Assembly: GCA_963663765.2 (NCBI GenBank)
Contig: CAXXUA010000002.1
Location: 192,001-256,000 of the forward strand
DNA length: 64,000 nucleotides
From: Candidatus Poribacteria bacterium
GTDB taxonomy: Bacteria > Poribacteria > WGA-4E > WGA-3G
Direction: 5' to 3'
In this document: positions 1 to 8,979 of the stretch, one piece after another
Layout of the letters: each line of letters starts with the position of its first letter
How positions within the stretch are numbered: position 1 is the first letter of the stretch
Made by a program: the position numbers and the translations under genes
Notes under the pieces: model-generated
Told to the model about the DNA's origin: nothing
What the model saw: only the letters and a program-made list of their open reading frames with translations
The model's database searches: none

Positions 1-44
1 TAAAGTTTAATAGTTGATAAAATTCACTATAAAATTCACACTCA

Positions 45-800
45 CTATCCAAAGTTACCATTTACATAATCGTAGGTGGATTTTTCTGCAGGATTCTCTG
101 AGAAAATTACATCTGTATCGGCTATTTCTATCAGGTCCCCGTTTAGCATAAAAGCGGTGCGGTGTGCCAAACGTTTTGCCTGCTGAACCAAATTCGTAAC
201 AAGTAGAATTGTCATCTCATCTTTTAGTTCTTTGAGGACATCCTCAATACGCATCGTTGTTATAGGGTCAACAGCGATAGAAAATTCATCAAGACACAGT
301 ATTTCAGGTTGATGGGAAAGTGCTCTGGCGATGGTCAAACGTTGCTGCTGCCCCCCTGATAGTTTTGTCCCAAGGCTATCTAAGCGATCTTTGACTTCAT
401 CCCATAGTGCTGCTTGTGTTAAACATCGTTCAACGATTTCATCTAATTCGACTTTATCCCGAAGTCCTGACGTTCTCGGGGCAAATGCAACATTGTCATA
501 GATAGACAGCGGCAACCCCACAGGCAACGGCAGCACCATACCTACTCGTTTTCGTAACCCATGCACATCAGCAATTGAATAGATGTCAACACCATCTAAC
601 TTAACTGAACCTTCAACAGAAATGTCTTGCGTAAATTCCAGGGTTCGGTTGATAACTTTTAACAACGTCGTTTTCCCTGACTGCGCTGGACCGATGATGC
701 CAAGGATTTCGTTTGGATAAACGTCTAAGGAGATCCCGTTTAATGCTTGGGTCTCCCCATATTTTACCTTAAGGTCGGTAATCTCAATTAAGTTCTGCAA
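45..800 (-). CDS. pstB: Phosphate ABC transporter ATP-binding protein (divergent PstB)
   Basis: Walker A GPAQSGKT, signature LSGGQQQR, PstB-typical SIYDNVAF, LWDEVKDRL and C-terminal YVNGNFG; last gene of the pst cluster in the window; TTG start. Confidence 0.85.
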   Translation of the reverse strand: MQNLIEITDLKVKYGETQALNGISLDVYPNEILGIIGPAQSGKTTLLKVINRTLEFTQDISVEGSVKLDGVDIYSIADVHGLRKRVGMVLPLPVGLPLSIYDNVAFAPRTSGLRDKVELDEIVERCLTQAALWDEVKDRLDSLGTKLSGGQQQRLTIARALSHQPEILCLDEFSIAVDPITTMRIEDVLKELKDEMTILLVTNLVQQAKRLAHRTAFMLNGDLIEIADTDVIFSENPAEKSTYDYVNGNFG

Positions 801-835
801 AGTTTCCTCACCCTGTTAACTCTTTGTAGTTTTCA

Positions 836-1156
836 CTAAACTTTCTCAATAAATTTATAAAGTTTTATACTTCCTAAAACTATACCAACGAGAAATACTA
901 CACCAATTATAGTACCAATTGCCGTAGTTGCTAAGAAGATGAGTTTCCCACCGGATGTCATGGGTCCCATATCCGAATAACCGACTGTCGTTAAATTAAG
1001 AAAGATAAAATACAATGCATCAAAAAATGAACCAAACATCTGTGGTTGTTCATCTTTTTCAAAATAGTAGAGACCATATGCCATAAAGAAAACCAATACT
1101 AACATCAGTAATAAAACTGTTAAGCATAATTGAAGTATTTTATTCTTGCTTTTCAT
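836..1156 (-). CDS. Small two-TM potassium-channel pore-domain protein (KcsA-like) with variant filter TVGYS
   Basis: TM-pore helix-TTVGYSDMGP-TM; probable start ATG at 1156 (MKSKNK) overlapping the stop of the upstream channel gene. Confidence 0.75.
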   Translation of the reverse strand: MKSKNKILQLCLTVLLLMLVLVFFMAYGLYYFEKDEQPQMFGSFFDALYFIFLNLTTVGYSDMGPMTSGGKLIFLATTAIGTIIGVVFLVGIVLGSIKLYKFIEKV

Positions 1157-1895
1157 TTTCTTTTTCCTCTTCTTCTTGTAGTTCTTCTTCAACCCTTGCC
1201 TCAGTTAGAACGGATGCCAACAAACCAGATGGTATAGCAATGAGTCCAACTCCTACTAATGCAACTACAGCAGTAAAGATTTTGCCGCCAGGAGTAATTG
1301 GATACACATCACCATAACCGATTGTTGTTAGCGTCACAATTGCCCACCACATAGCATCAGGAATAGATCCAAAATCATCAGTTTGCGCATCTTTTTCAAA
1401 ATACCAGATGCCGCATGCAGCCAAATATACAAACAATGAGGATAGAATTACAAGTGCCAGAAGCTCCCTTTTGACTTCAGCTAATGCTTCAATCATTCTA
1501 TCCACTGCTAAAATGAATCGTGTCGCTTTAAAGATTCTAAAGATTCGTAAGAATCTGAGCACACGAAGCACACGAAACCCAGGGATTAGCACAAGAGATG
1601 GTAAAATTGCAAGTAGATCAATAATCCCAAAAAAACTAAATATAAACACCCTTTTAACAGGAGCTGCGTAAATACGTAATATATATTCTACTGTAAAAAG
1701 TGTAAAAAACGTCCAATCGGCAATTACAAAATATATTTTATAGTTATTACTAAGATCTTCTTCGGTTTCAAGCACGAAAACAACTGCTGAAGCGAGAATC
1801 AGAAATTGAATGAGTCCACTCAAAACAGGACCTTCAATGATTTCTCCTATTTTTTTCTTAACATCAGACTGTCCTTCATTTTCAACTTTCAACAT
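1140..1895 (-). CDS. Voltage-gated-type K+ channel (ion transport protein)
   Basis: S4-like FRVLRVLRFLRIFRIFK, pore MWWAIVTLTTIGYGDVYP, acidic C-terminal tail. Confidence 0.88.
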   Translation of the reverse strand: MLKVENEGQSDVKKKIGEIIEGPVLSGLIQFLILASAVVFVLETEEDLSNNYKIYFVIADWTFFTLFTVEYILRIYAAPVKRVFIFSFFGIIDLLAILPSLVLIPGFRVLRVLRFLRIFRIFKATRFILAVDRMIEALAEVKRELLALVILSSLFVYLAACGIWYFEKDAQTDDFGSIPDAMWWAIVTLTTIGYGDVYPITPGGKIFTAVVALVGVGLIAIPSGLLASVLTEARVEEELQEEEEKENEKQE

Positions 1896-1994
1896 CGGTA
1901 ACTTCCATATTTACGCCTATCGGCGAGATAGAAATCCTCTGTAGGAATTTGAGGATGCCAGTCTTAAACACCCATCATTCCCATATCTGATAGG

Positions 1995-2912
1995 TCACCA
2001 CTTCTTTCGTGTTCTAAGATATACCCTTAACACAATTGCAGCTGCATTAACAAGTAACACACTCCCTACAAGGACAATAGCTGTCCCATAAGGAATGCCT
2101 TCTGTCACATCAGGTACTTGTGTAGAAATCGTATAGAGGTGTAATGAGAGTGCCATGCACTGGTCTGTTATATTATATGCGAAAACGTCACCTTCTGCAA
2201 TAGCTTTATAGAATACAGCACCAGTGAACATTATCGGTGCTGTTTCACCCGCTGCACGCGACACTTGTAAAATAACACCTGTTAAAATACCACTTATGGA
2301 ATTTGGCAACACGATGCGTCTGATGGTTTGCCAACGCGTAGCACCAAGATTCCAACACGCTTCTCTGAAAGACATCGGTACTGCTTTGAGTGCTTCTGTC
2401 GTACTTGCAATAATTACAGGAAGTGTCATAATCGCTAATGTGAGAGATGCAGCCAAAATTGACTCTCCTAAACCCGCAAATAACACAAACGCACCGACTC
2501 CGAACAGTGCATGCACAATACTTGGAACTCCAGCAAGGTTCACGACTGCTAAGTTGACGATACGTGTGAACCAGTTTTCACGCGCATATTCGTTAAGATA
2601 GACTGATGCAAAAACGCCAATGGGTGCTGCGACCATCAACGATACCACTACAAGATATATTGTTCCGAGGAATGGTGCCCACAGCCCGCCACCACGCATG
2701 TTGTCTTTAGGATTTGTGAATAGAAAGTCTAACGACAGAACAGGTATCGCTTTATAAAAAAGGTACCCGATGATTAAAAGTAACGGTAAAATCATCAGAC
2801 AGGTCATTACAAAAAAGAATAATTTAAACCCATTTTCAATAAATCGGTTCCTGCGCCCGATGTCTGTTTCGGTAAACATTTTCTCAGCTGTAATGCTTGT
2901 GTTCTGATTCAT
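1995..2912 (-). CDS. pstA: Phosphate ABC transporter permease PstA
   Basis: LAGVPSIVHALFG, REACWNLGATRWQTI EAA loop, RAAGETAP. Confidence 0.92.
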   Translation of the reverse strand: MNQNTSITAEKMFTETDIGRRNRFIENGFKLFFFVMTCLMILPLLLIIGYLFYKAIPVLSLDFLFTNPKDNMRGGGLWAPFLGTIYLVVVSLMVAAPIGVFASVYLNEYARENWFTRIVNLAVVNLAGVPSIVHALFGVGAFVLFAGLGESILAASLTLAIMTLPVIIASTTEALKAVPMSFREACWNLGATRWQTIRRIVLPNSISGILTGVILQVSRAAGETAPIMFTGAVFYKAIAEGDVFAYNITDQCMALSLHLYTISTQVPDVTEGIPYGTAIVLVGSVLLVNAAAIVLRVYLRTRKKW

Positions 2913-2934
2913 ATAATTCCTATAGTTACATGTC

Positions 2935-4212
2935 TTAACTTTGTCGAATACCCTTAATAACTAAGTCAGCAATAAGGTTCACTACAAAGGTAATAGTAAA
3001 AAGTAAAATTCCGATAATAAACAGGACTTGGTAATGTTCATCGCCTCTTGCGACTTCTCCTAATTCTGCTGCGATGGTTGCTGTTAACGTGCGAATCCAA
3101 GAAAGCGGTCCTGATGGTATGTTCACTGAGTGGCCTGTCGCCATCAACACTGCCATCGTTTCTCCTATTGAGCGAGCCGCTCCGAGCAAAACCGCTGCCA
3201 ACAACCCATTTTTTGCTGCAGGTAAAAGCACACGGTAAATCACTTGCCAGCGAGTTGCACCCAGTGCTTCAGCCGCTTCCCTATAGGAGTCTGGTACCGC
3301 TTTTAGCGCATCCTCTGCAATAGAAACGATGATTGGCACGCTCATTAGTGCTAACATAATACCACCGTTTAACATTGTCAGACCAATGGGGGCATTAAAT
3401 ACTGCAATAATCATCTGATTCATCAATGTCAAACCGATGAATCCCCACACAACGGAAGGTATCGCAGCGAGAAATTCAATGACGATTTTGAAAACTTCTT
3501 TCAACTTTGGACTGCAAAATTCTGAAACAAAAATCGCTGCACCAAGACCAAATGGGACTGCTATCAACATCGCTAAACCAGTTACACTGAATGTTCCCAA
3601 TATTAATGCTAAAGTTCCATATCTTTTGTTGTTGAGAGATGTTGGATACCACTCTTCGCTTGTAAGAAACTCCCAAATATCTAATCCTTTAAACAGGAAA
3701 CTTGCACCTTCTTTAAACACAAAGATAAAAATACCAAAAACAAATATGATTGAACTAATACCACATAAACTGATGTATACATCAATGATAGATTCGGAAG
3801 ATGTTTCTGAATCCGGTCCAAACTGATTGCTACCTTCAGTCCCTTTAACAATACCCAATTCATAAATTATCCAAAACACATTAATCAATAACACAATAAG
3901 AATGAGATGGAACGATATCCAAGAACCAGCAAATAACGGTGTTGAAAAAAGAAATATTGTTATAATCAGAGGTAAAAGGTGAAGTACTATCCAAAAAGTA
4001 GGTACATCTTTGTCATGCCAACGTTTCGTAGATACTGCTAAATGTATCCAGACAAGGATTAATAGGGGAATAGTTCCGAACGTTATTTTCGTATGTAGGT
4101 CATATACAGAAATGGATACTGCAAAGATAACTATTATTGGCAAATTCAGCAACCACCAAGCTGCCCTATTGATTCTACCTTTGAACGAAAAACACACACG
4201 TAAAAAATTCAT
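2935..4212 (-). CDS. pstC: Phosphate ABC transporter permease PstC with N-terminal DUF805-like membrane domain
   Basis: C-terminal LAAIPSVVWG, REAAEALGAT, RSIGETMAV; N-terminal FSFKGRINR...KRWHD...GTEGSNQFGPD matches the DUF805 (YhaH-like) pattern. Confidence 0.88.
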   Translation of the reverse strand: MNFLRVCFSFKGRINRAAWWLLNLPIIVIFAVSISVYDLHTKITFGTIPLLILVWIHLAVSTKRWHDKDVPTFWIVLHLLPLIITIFLFSTPLFAGSWISFHLILIVLLINVFWIIYELGIVKGTEGSNQFGPDSETSSESIIDVYISLCGISSIIFVFGIFIFVFKEGASFLFKGLDIWEFLTSEEWYPTSLNNKRYGTLALILGTFSVTGLAMLIAVPFGLGAAIFVSEFCSPKLKEVFKIVIEFLAAIPSVVWGFIGLTLMNQMIIAVFNAPIGLTMLNGGIMLALMSVPIIVSIAEDALKAVPDSYREAAEALGATRWQVIYRVLLPAAKNGLLAAVLLGAARSIGETMAVLMATGHSVNIPSGPLSWIRTLTATIAAELGEVARGDEHYQVLFIIGILLFTITFVVNLIADLVIKGIRQS

Positions 4213-4230
4213 ATATTGCTGTAAAATCCT

Positions 4231-5154
4231 TTAGTTGGACGATAAAGGTACAAATCCAAGTTCTTCAACAATCTTTTGCCCTTCTGATGATAGAATCCAG
4301 TCCAGATAGACTTTCGCTTCACCTACCGGTTCACCGAGAGAATACATATACAAAGGACGTGCAATTGGATAAGTCTTTGCGATCACATTGGCAAGATTCG
4401 GCGCGTAATACGGTTCACCGTAGGCAGATGAAACCTTTACCATTTTGACATGATCGGTTGCATACCCCATTCCACTATACCCAATCGCACAGGGGGTACG
4501 ACCGATTACCTCCACAACATCTTTAGACCCGTGTAAATCCAATGAACCAAGTTCAAAATCACGTTCTTTACCCAATAGTGCTTCTCTAAAATAGAAGTAA
4601 GTACCCGAATTGGACTGCCGACTTATACGGATAATTCTGTCACTCCGACATCCAGAATTTGCTATACCGAGTTGATCCCATTTGGTTATAGTACCTGACT
4701 CGCCGTATATTTCTGCAAGTTGTGGAATTGTAATATTGTCCAAGGGATTATCTTTATGGACATAAACCGCGAGTGCGTCGTAACCAACAATATACTCAAT
4801 GGGTTCTTTACCTGTGTTTTTTAAAGCTTTCTGTTTTTCTTCTGCCTTCACTTGACGACTACAGTTAGCTATATCTACCGTCCCATTGATCAATGCAGCT
4901 ACACCCGTACCTGACCCTCCACCTGAAACCTCAACAGAAACAGTATCAGATATACCGGTATATGTTTCTGCCCAAGCTTGTGCCAGATTCACCATCGTGT
5001 CAGAACCCTTGTTTTTTATTTTTGTGTGCGCATCTCCATTAGTCACACCGTTCCCCGCATCTTTATTTGATGAACTACTGAAGATGAAAAAACTATACAA
5101 AGTTATGACAAGAATAATGACAACACCAAGACTCTTCAGATGACTTCTATTCAT
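4231..5154 (-). CDS. pstS: Phosphate ABC transporter substrate-binding protein PstS
   Basis: KGSDTM, GGGSGTG, SRQSNSGTY, YPIARPLYMY; N-terminal hydrophobic anchor. Confidence 0.92.
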   Translation of the reverse strand: MNRSHLKSLGVVIILVITLYSFFIFSSSSNKDAGNGVTNGDAHTKIKNKGSDTMVNLAQAWAETYTGISDTVSVEVSGGGSGTGVAALINGTVDIANCSRQVKAEEKQKALKNTGKEPIEYIVGYDALAVYVHKDNPLDNITIPQLAEIYGESGTITKWDQLGIANSGCRSDRIIRISRQSNSGTYFYFREALLGKERDFELGSLDLHGSKDVVEVIGRTPCAIGYSGMGYATDHVKMVKVSSAYGEPYYAPNLANVIAKTYPIARPLYMYSLGEPVGEAKVYLDWILSSEGQKIVEELGFVPLSSN

Positions 5155-5252
5155 AAATATTCCTCAAAATTGAAATTCTGTCATTAATTATATCACGCAA
5201 ATGTTACGAAAATAAGACATTATAGATATAGTTTCTGTCACATCTTGTATAT

Positions 5253-5578
5253 TATGGTAGATTATGGAATTAATTACACACTTGTACAGGAAGGAGCGAT
5301 TCGGGGAATGTCTAAATGGCATTCCCCGAATCGCTCCTATGAAAAATAAGAATAGAATACTTATACCAATTCAAATAAATCTTGTCTCATTAAGGAATTC
5401 TACTGTTTACTGGCAGGGGGTTACTCTCTTCGGTAGGAGCGACCTCCCGGTCGCGACCGTGAGGTCGCTCCTACCAGATTTCCGCTGCTAATGAGACATT
5501 ATCACATGAAAATGGTATTACATGACAACCAATATAATAAATTGTAGAAATGTAAACTTATTTTCAAATTTCATAATA
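5253..5578. mobile_element. Non-autonomous TIR element (TATGGT-ended family) with a nested insertion at about 5362-5520 carrying a GTAG palindrome (5432-5475)
   Basis: Both ends match the element at 42080-42401 (tatggta.attatggaattaattacacacttg / gtagaaatgtaaacttattttcaaatttca); inner IR taccaattca...tgtctcatta / taatgagaca...tgaaaatggta. Confidence 0.7.
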
Positions 5579-5579
5579 A

Positions 5580-5701
5580 AAGGACTTACGCACCGAACGG
5601 TAGGCGTGCTTTGTAAGCGCGCTGGAAACCTAAATAATGCTGAAAATATCATCATTTTCGTCGTAATTCTTGACTAAAACATGAAAACTGCGTAAGTCCT
5701 G
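5580..5701. mobile_element. 122-bp MITE, AGGACTTACGCA...TGCGTAAGTCCTG family
   Basis: Terminal inverted repeats, aataa on both sides; near-identical to 11725-11846 (inverted) and 48546-48667. Confidence 0.85.
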
Positions 5702-5706
5702 AATAA

Positions 5707-5820
5707 AAGGACTTACGCATACTCCCTTGATAAGGGGGTTTAAAAGTCGTTATTTCACTAAATTTAACCCTCTAAATCTCCCTTATCAAGGGGACTTTAA
5801 GAGGAAATGCGTAAGTCCTG
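5707..5820. mobile_element. Second MITE with the same AGGACTTACGCA ends but a different interior (cccttgataaggg / cccttatcaaggg)
   Basis: TIRs visible; directly adjacent to the preceding copy. Confidence 0.8.
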
Positions 5821-5834
5821 ATAAATTAGAAAAA

Positions 5835-7751
5835 CTAACGAACTATAGTTAAATTATCAATGCTATCTAACAACTGACTACTATCATTATAGACTTCTAA
5901 TCCCACCCTTTTCCCATCAACAGAAAAAAGACAAAAGTGCTTATCAATTGCAAATGCTTTGACCTTATCAACCCATGGAACTGATGTGTCTTGTACATAA
6001 TATGGAGCACCACACCCACCACTGATCACCTGCCAAACTGGAAACTGAAAATCTGGATTTATGGAGGAATCAATTAAAGTACGACTGTAGTTATGTTCAT
6101 CACCACATAATACTGCCAGCACTTTCGACTTGCTTGATACAATTTTCCAGAATCTGTTTCGCATATCAAGGACATCTCCCATTGGGACGGTGTTATCATT
6201 GTAACCACCTGTCCCACCCGCACCGGGAACACCCCAATACATTGCATCTTTGACATGTCCACCGTTTGGGAATGGAGGCTCATGGAGAATGATGAATACC
6301 CAATCTACATTCAGGTCTTTCTGGGCAGCATCCAATTCTTGTTGTAACCAACCCATCTGATTTGCCATGATATAACCTTCTCTGTTACCACCAAGGTGTT
6401 TTAGGGCGAGATTTATCGCAGTTTTATCCTGCGATTTCTGCCCAAACTCACTGAGATTTCTGTAACCTGTTGACCAATAATTGCTGTTCAAAGAGATAAA
6501 ATGAATTCTGCTGTATGTGAAAGAATAGACATTTTCACCATAAGAGGGTCCAACATTTTCTCCTCCCATATCACTACCACCTTTATTCTCAGGGTTTGGA
6601 ATACCCAACCCGTACTGACTTCCTTGAGGATTAACAAATTCTTTTGCAAAAATTGCTTCAGCACTGTTTTCTCCAACCGTTCCAGTAAACTGGATATAGT
6701 ATTCATCCTGCTTCAAATGTGGTGCAACAACTTTATAATATTTTCCTACCTGTTCATGGTTTCCGATTGATTCGTAGAATGGAATGTTTGCAGCGACTGG
6801 CTGGACCGTCCGCTTCCAAGTTTCAAGTTGTGCTGTATAATCTTGTACATCCGAGGTATAACCGTTGATAAGGTCACCACCAAAACATACAAAATCCGCC
6901 TTTTTGTTGTAGAGTTCTATGGCGAAACGTCCAAGATCTTTAGCATTAACGCCATTTTGTGCACGTTCTCCACCACCCACACCAGCACGTGAATCTGACA
7001 TAAAGCCGAATTTGAATGGAGATCTCATTCCCTGATCCGGCGCAGTCTTGAAGGTATATGTTGGCGTATTGATACCGTAATTGACTTGATATGAATAGCG
7101 TGTATTCGGTTTCAATTTCGTCAGATTAACTTCATGCTGGATAACTGGATTCAGAGATAAGAACTCTCTATTGTCTGCATGGACAGTACCTTTGGTAGGA
7201 ATGTCTGTTTCCCATGATATGACAGCGGAATTGTGTGTAACAAGATCGACAAACGGACCTTCAGTCAATGTTACAAGAGAGGTGTACTTTCCCGTTTTTG
7301 GTTCACCATCTCGCTTATAACGTAGTTGTCTGTCATAAGCACGTGTCGATTGAATGCGTGGATCAAAAATCTCTATACGATAGACGATAATCCCACCACT
7401 ATTTGCAATCAAACCAGTATCGTAATGAACATCTTCAAGCTTAGATATATCCATTTTTATTTGATGCTTTGTTTGGTTCTCATCAATAAGTGTTCCTTTT
7501 GCACTCTTGCGATATCGCGGGGTTGTCAATCTACCTTCCGTGTGCGGCACACCGTAATAAGCAATTGCAGCTGGTGTGTCAATCAATGTATCAAATTCAA
7601 CTATAGCATAAGATTCCTCAAATCCTGTAATTATTGGTTCATTTACCAAAAGCATATCTTCTCGGTAATCTATTGATGTCAAAGTAATTTCTTGTGCAAA
7701 AACACCTATAGATAAAAAAAATAGTCCTATAGAAATTAAGAAATGTTTCAT
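5835..7751 (-). CDS. Secreted metallophosphoesterase (purple-acid-phosphatase-like, with FN3 domain)
   Basis: Signal peptide; FN3-like GPFVD...ISWET...LKPNTRYSYQV; calcineurin-like motifs SDSR, GGDLI, GNHE, HEPPF, GDEHNY. Confidence 0.85.
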   Translation of the reverse strand: MKHFLISIGLFFLSIGVFAQEITLTSIDYREDMLLVNEPIITGFEESYAIVEFDTLIDTPAAIAYYGVPHTEGRLTTPRYRKSAKGTLIDENQTKHQIKMDISKLEDVHYDTGLIANSGGIIVYRIEIFDPRIQSTRAYDRQLRYKRDGEPKTGKYTSLVTLTEGPFVDLVTHNSAVISWETDIPTKGTVHADNREFLSLNPVIQHEVNLTKLKPNTRYSYQVNYGINTPTYTFKTAPDQGMRSPFKFGFMSDSRAGVGGGERAQNGVNAKDLGRFAIELYNKKADFVCFGGDLINGYTSDVQDYTAQLETWKRTVQPVAANIPFYESIGNHEQVGKYYKVVAPHLKQDEYYIQFTGTVGENSAEAIFAKEFVNPQGSQYGLGIPNPENKGGSDMGGENVGPSYGENVYSFTYSRIHFISLNSNYWSTGYRNLSEFGQKSQDKTAINLALKHLGGNREGYIMANQMGWLQQELDAAQKDLNVDWVFIILHEPPFPNGGHVKDAMYWGVPGAGGTGGYNDNTVPMGDVLDMRNRFWKIVSSKSKVLAVLCGDEHNYSRTLIDSSINPDFQFPVWQVISGGCGAPYYVQDTSVPWVDKVKAFAIDKHFCLFSVDGKRVGLEVYNDSSQLLDSIDNLTIVR

Positions 7752-7864
7752 TGTCTTGTCCTTTCGAGTGATTTATAAATAAGATTTTACTTGAAATCAT
7801 TGAATTAAACTACAAATTTTTCACAGTTGTTTCTGATTTGTTTGTCAAAAGTGTGTCATTCACA

Positions 7865-7910
7865 AGGTGTGTAAAGTTTTTGCACAGAGGTACAAAAACT
7901 TTACACACCC
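7865..7910. repeat. Minimal GGTGTGTAAAG-type element (two TIRs almost abutting)
   Basis: ggtgtgtaaagtttttg-cacagaggta-caaaaactttacacacc; same ends as 8240-8589 and 48235-48706. Confidence 0.75.
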
Positions 7911-8130
7911 AAAATAGCAGGATTATTTAGTTTTAGGTTTTTTTGATGATTATTTGCTATAACGTTAATAATATATGTTGCCATCTTGTCCATGTCTTTA
8001 GTCCCGTAGGGACGATATGTTTATAGAAAAATGTTATCTACTCCTCTTGAGTTCCGTAGGAACGGCATAGAAGAATAAACATATCGTCCCTACGGGACGA
8101 AAGAATTGGGAAGGGCACTCGTTTTCTATA

Positions 8131-8618
8131 GAACTTGTAGCGAGTAAGAGCTAAGAATTCAAAGTAAATGGAGATCTGAAGCAGAAAGAAAAGGACAAAA
8201 ATTACCTCTCTTTCTTTCCTTATTTCACCACATACTTATGGGTGTGTAAAGTTTTTGCACAGAGGTACAAACTTTTGTTCTCTTTAGTCCCGTAGGGACG
8301 CAATGTTTATAGATAGGTGTAATCACCCTCTCTTGAGTTCCGTAGGAACGACATAGAAGAATAAACATATCGTCCCTACGGGACTAAAGAACTGGTAAGG
8401 GCACTTGTTTTCTATAAACATATCGTCCCTACGGGACTGAAGAGTATGGTTGATATTAACAATATTTCCTTATATTGACACATATCGGTCTCTGTACCCG
8501 CAATCTCTCATTTAATCAGTTGCGGCGGGGCACAGAGATCCCGCTCTACAATGGAGAATGTGCAGTTTGTGCAAAAACTTTACACACCCCATACTTATGT
8601 CTTACTCACTATGACTTC
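8131..8618. mobile_element. Nested GAA-ended element with 3-bp target duplication
   Basis: Imperfect TIR gaacttgtagcgagtaagagctaag / cttatgtcttactcactatgacttc; ata on both sides; it interrupts the motif ttttctataaacatatcg seen intact near 8408. Confidence 0.65.
8240..8589. mobile_element. Nested GGGTGTGTAAAG-ended MITE with 9-bp target duplication
   Basis: TIR gggtgtgtaaagtttttgcaca / tgtgcaaaaactttacacaccc; catacttat at 8231-8239 and 8590-8598. Confidence 0.85.
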
Positions 8619-8979
8619 ATAAACATATCGTCCCTACGGGACTAAAGAGCGATGTTCATGTTTCAATAATCTAAAACTGATGTATAAAGTTCGGTTAGGA
8701 AACCGAACCTGGGTATTAACCTTCAGTAAATCTCAATAACAGAAAACTCCTAAAACTGAATATCCCTGCAAAATAGAGAATTAATTGATAATACATCGCA
8801 CATCTGATAAGATGTTTGAATATTAGTTTTCATGCTATTCTGGATTTTGTTGTGTTTTGCTGGTTTGAATGAAATCAAATGTGTTATTAGTATAGAGACT
8901 CAAAAAAAACACATTTTCATCATTTTATTAATACTATGGTATTGACACATATACATAATAGGATAATATAGTTTTTGAT

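Larger units (their letters stand above)
7918..8768. mobile_element. CAGG-ended MITE containing GTAG-REP arrays and two nested elements
   Basis: Ends caggattatttagttttagg / cctaaaactgaatatccctg; flanking direct repeat caaaatag (7910-7917, 8769-8776); backbone is the reverse complement of 48715-49075. Confidence 0.82.

Noticed and set aside
5264-5491. 75-aa ORF on the + strand
   Set aside because: Lies wholly within nested repeat elements; no protein motif
7995-8650. Repeated cgtccctacgggac motifs as a CRISPR array or ncRNA
   Set aside because: Copies occur in both orientations with irregular spacing, typical of GTAG REP clusters within MITEs
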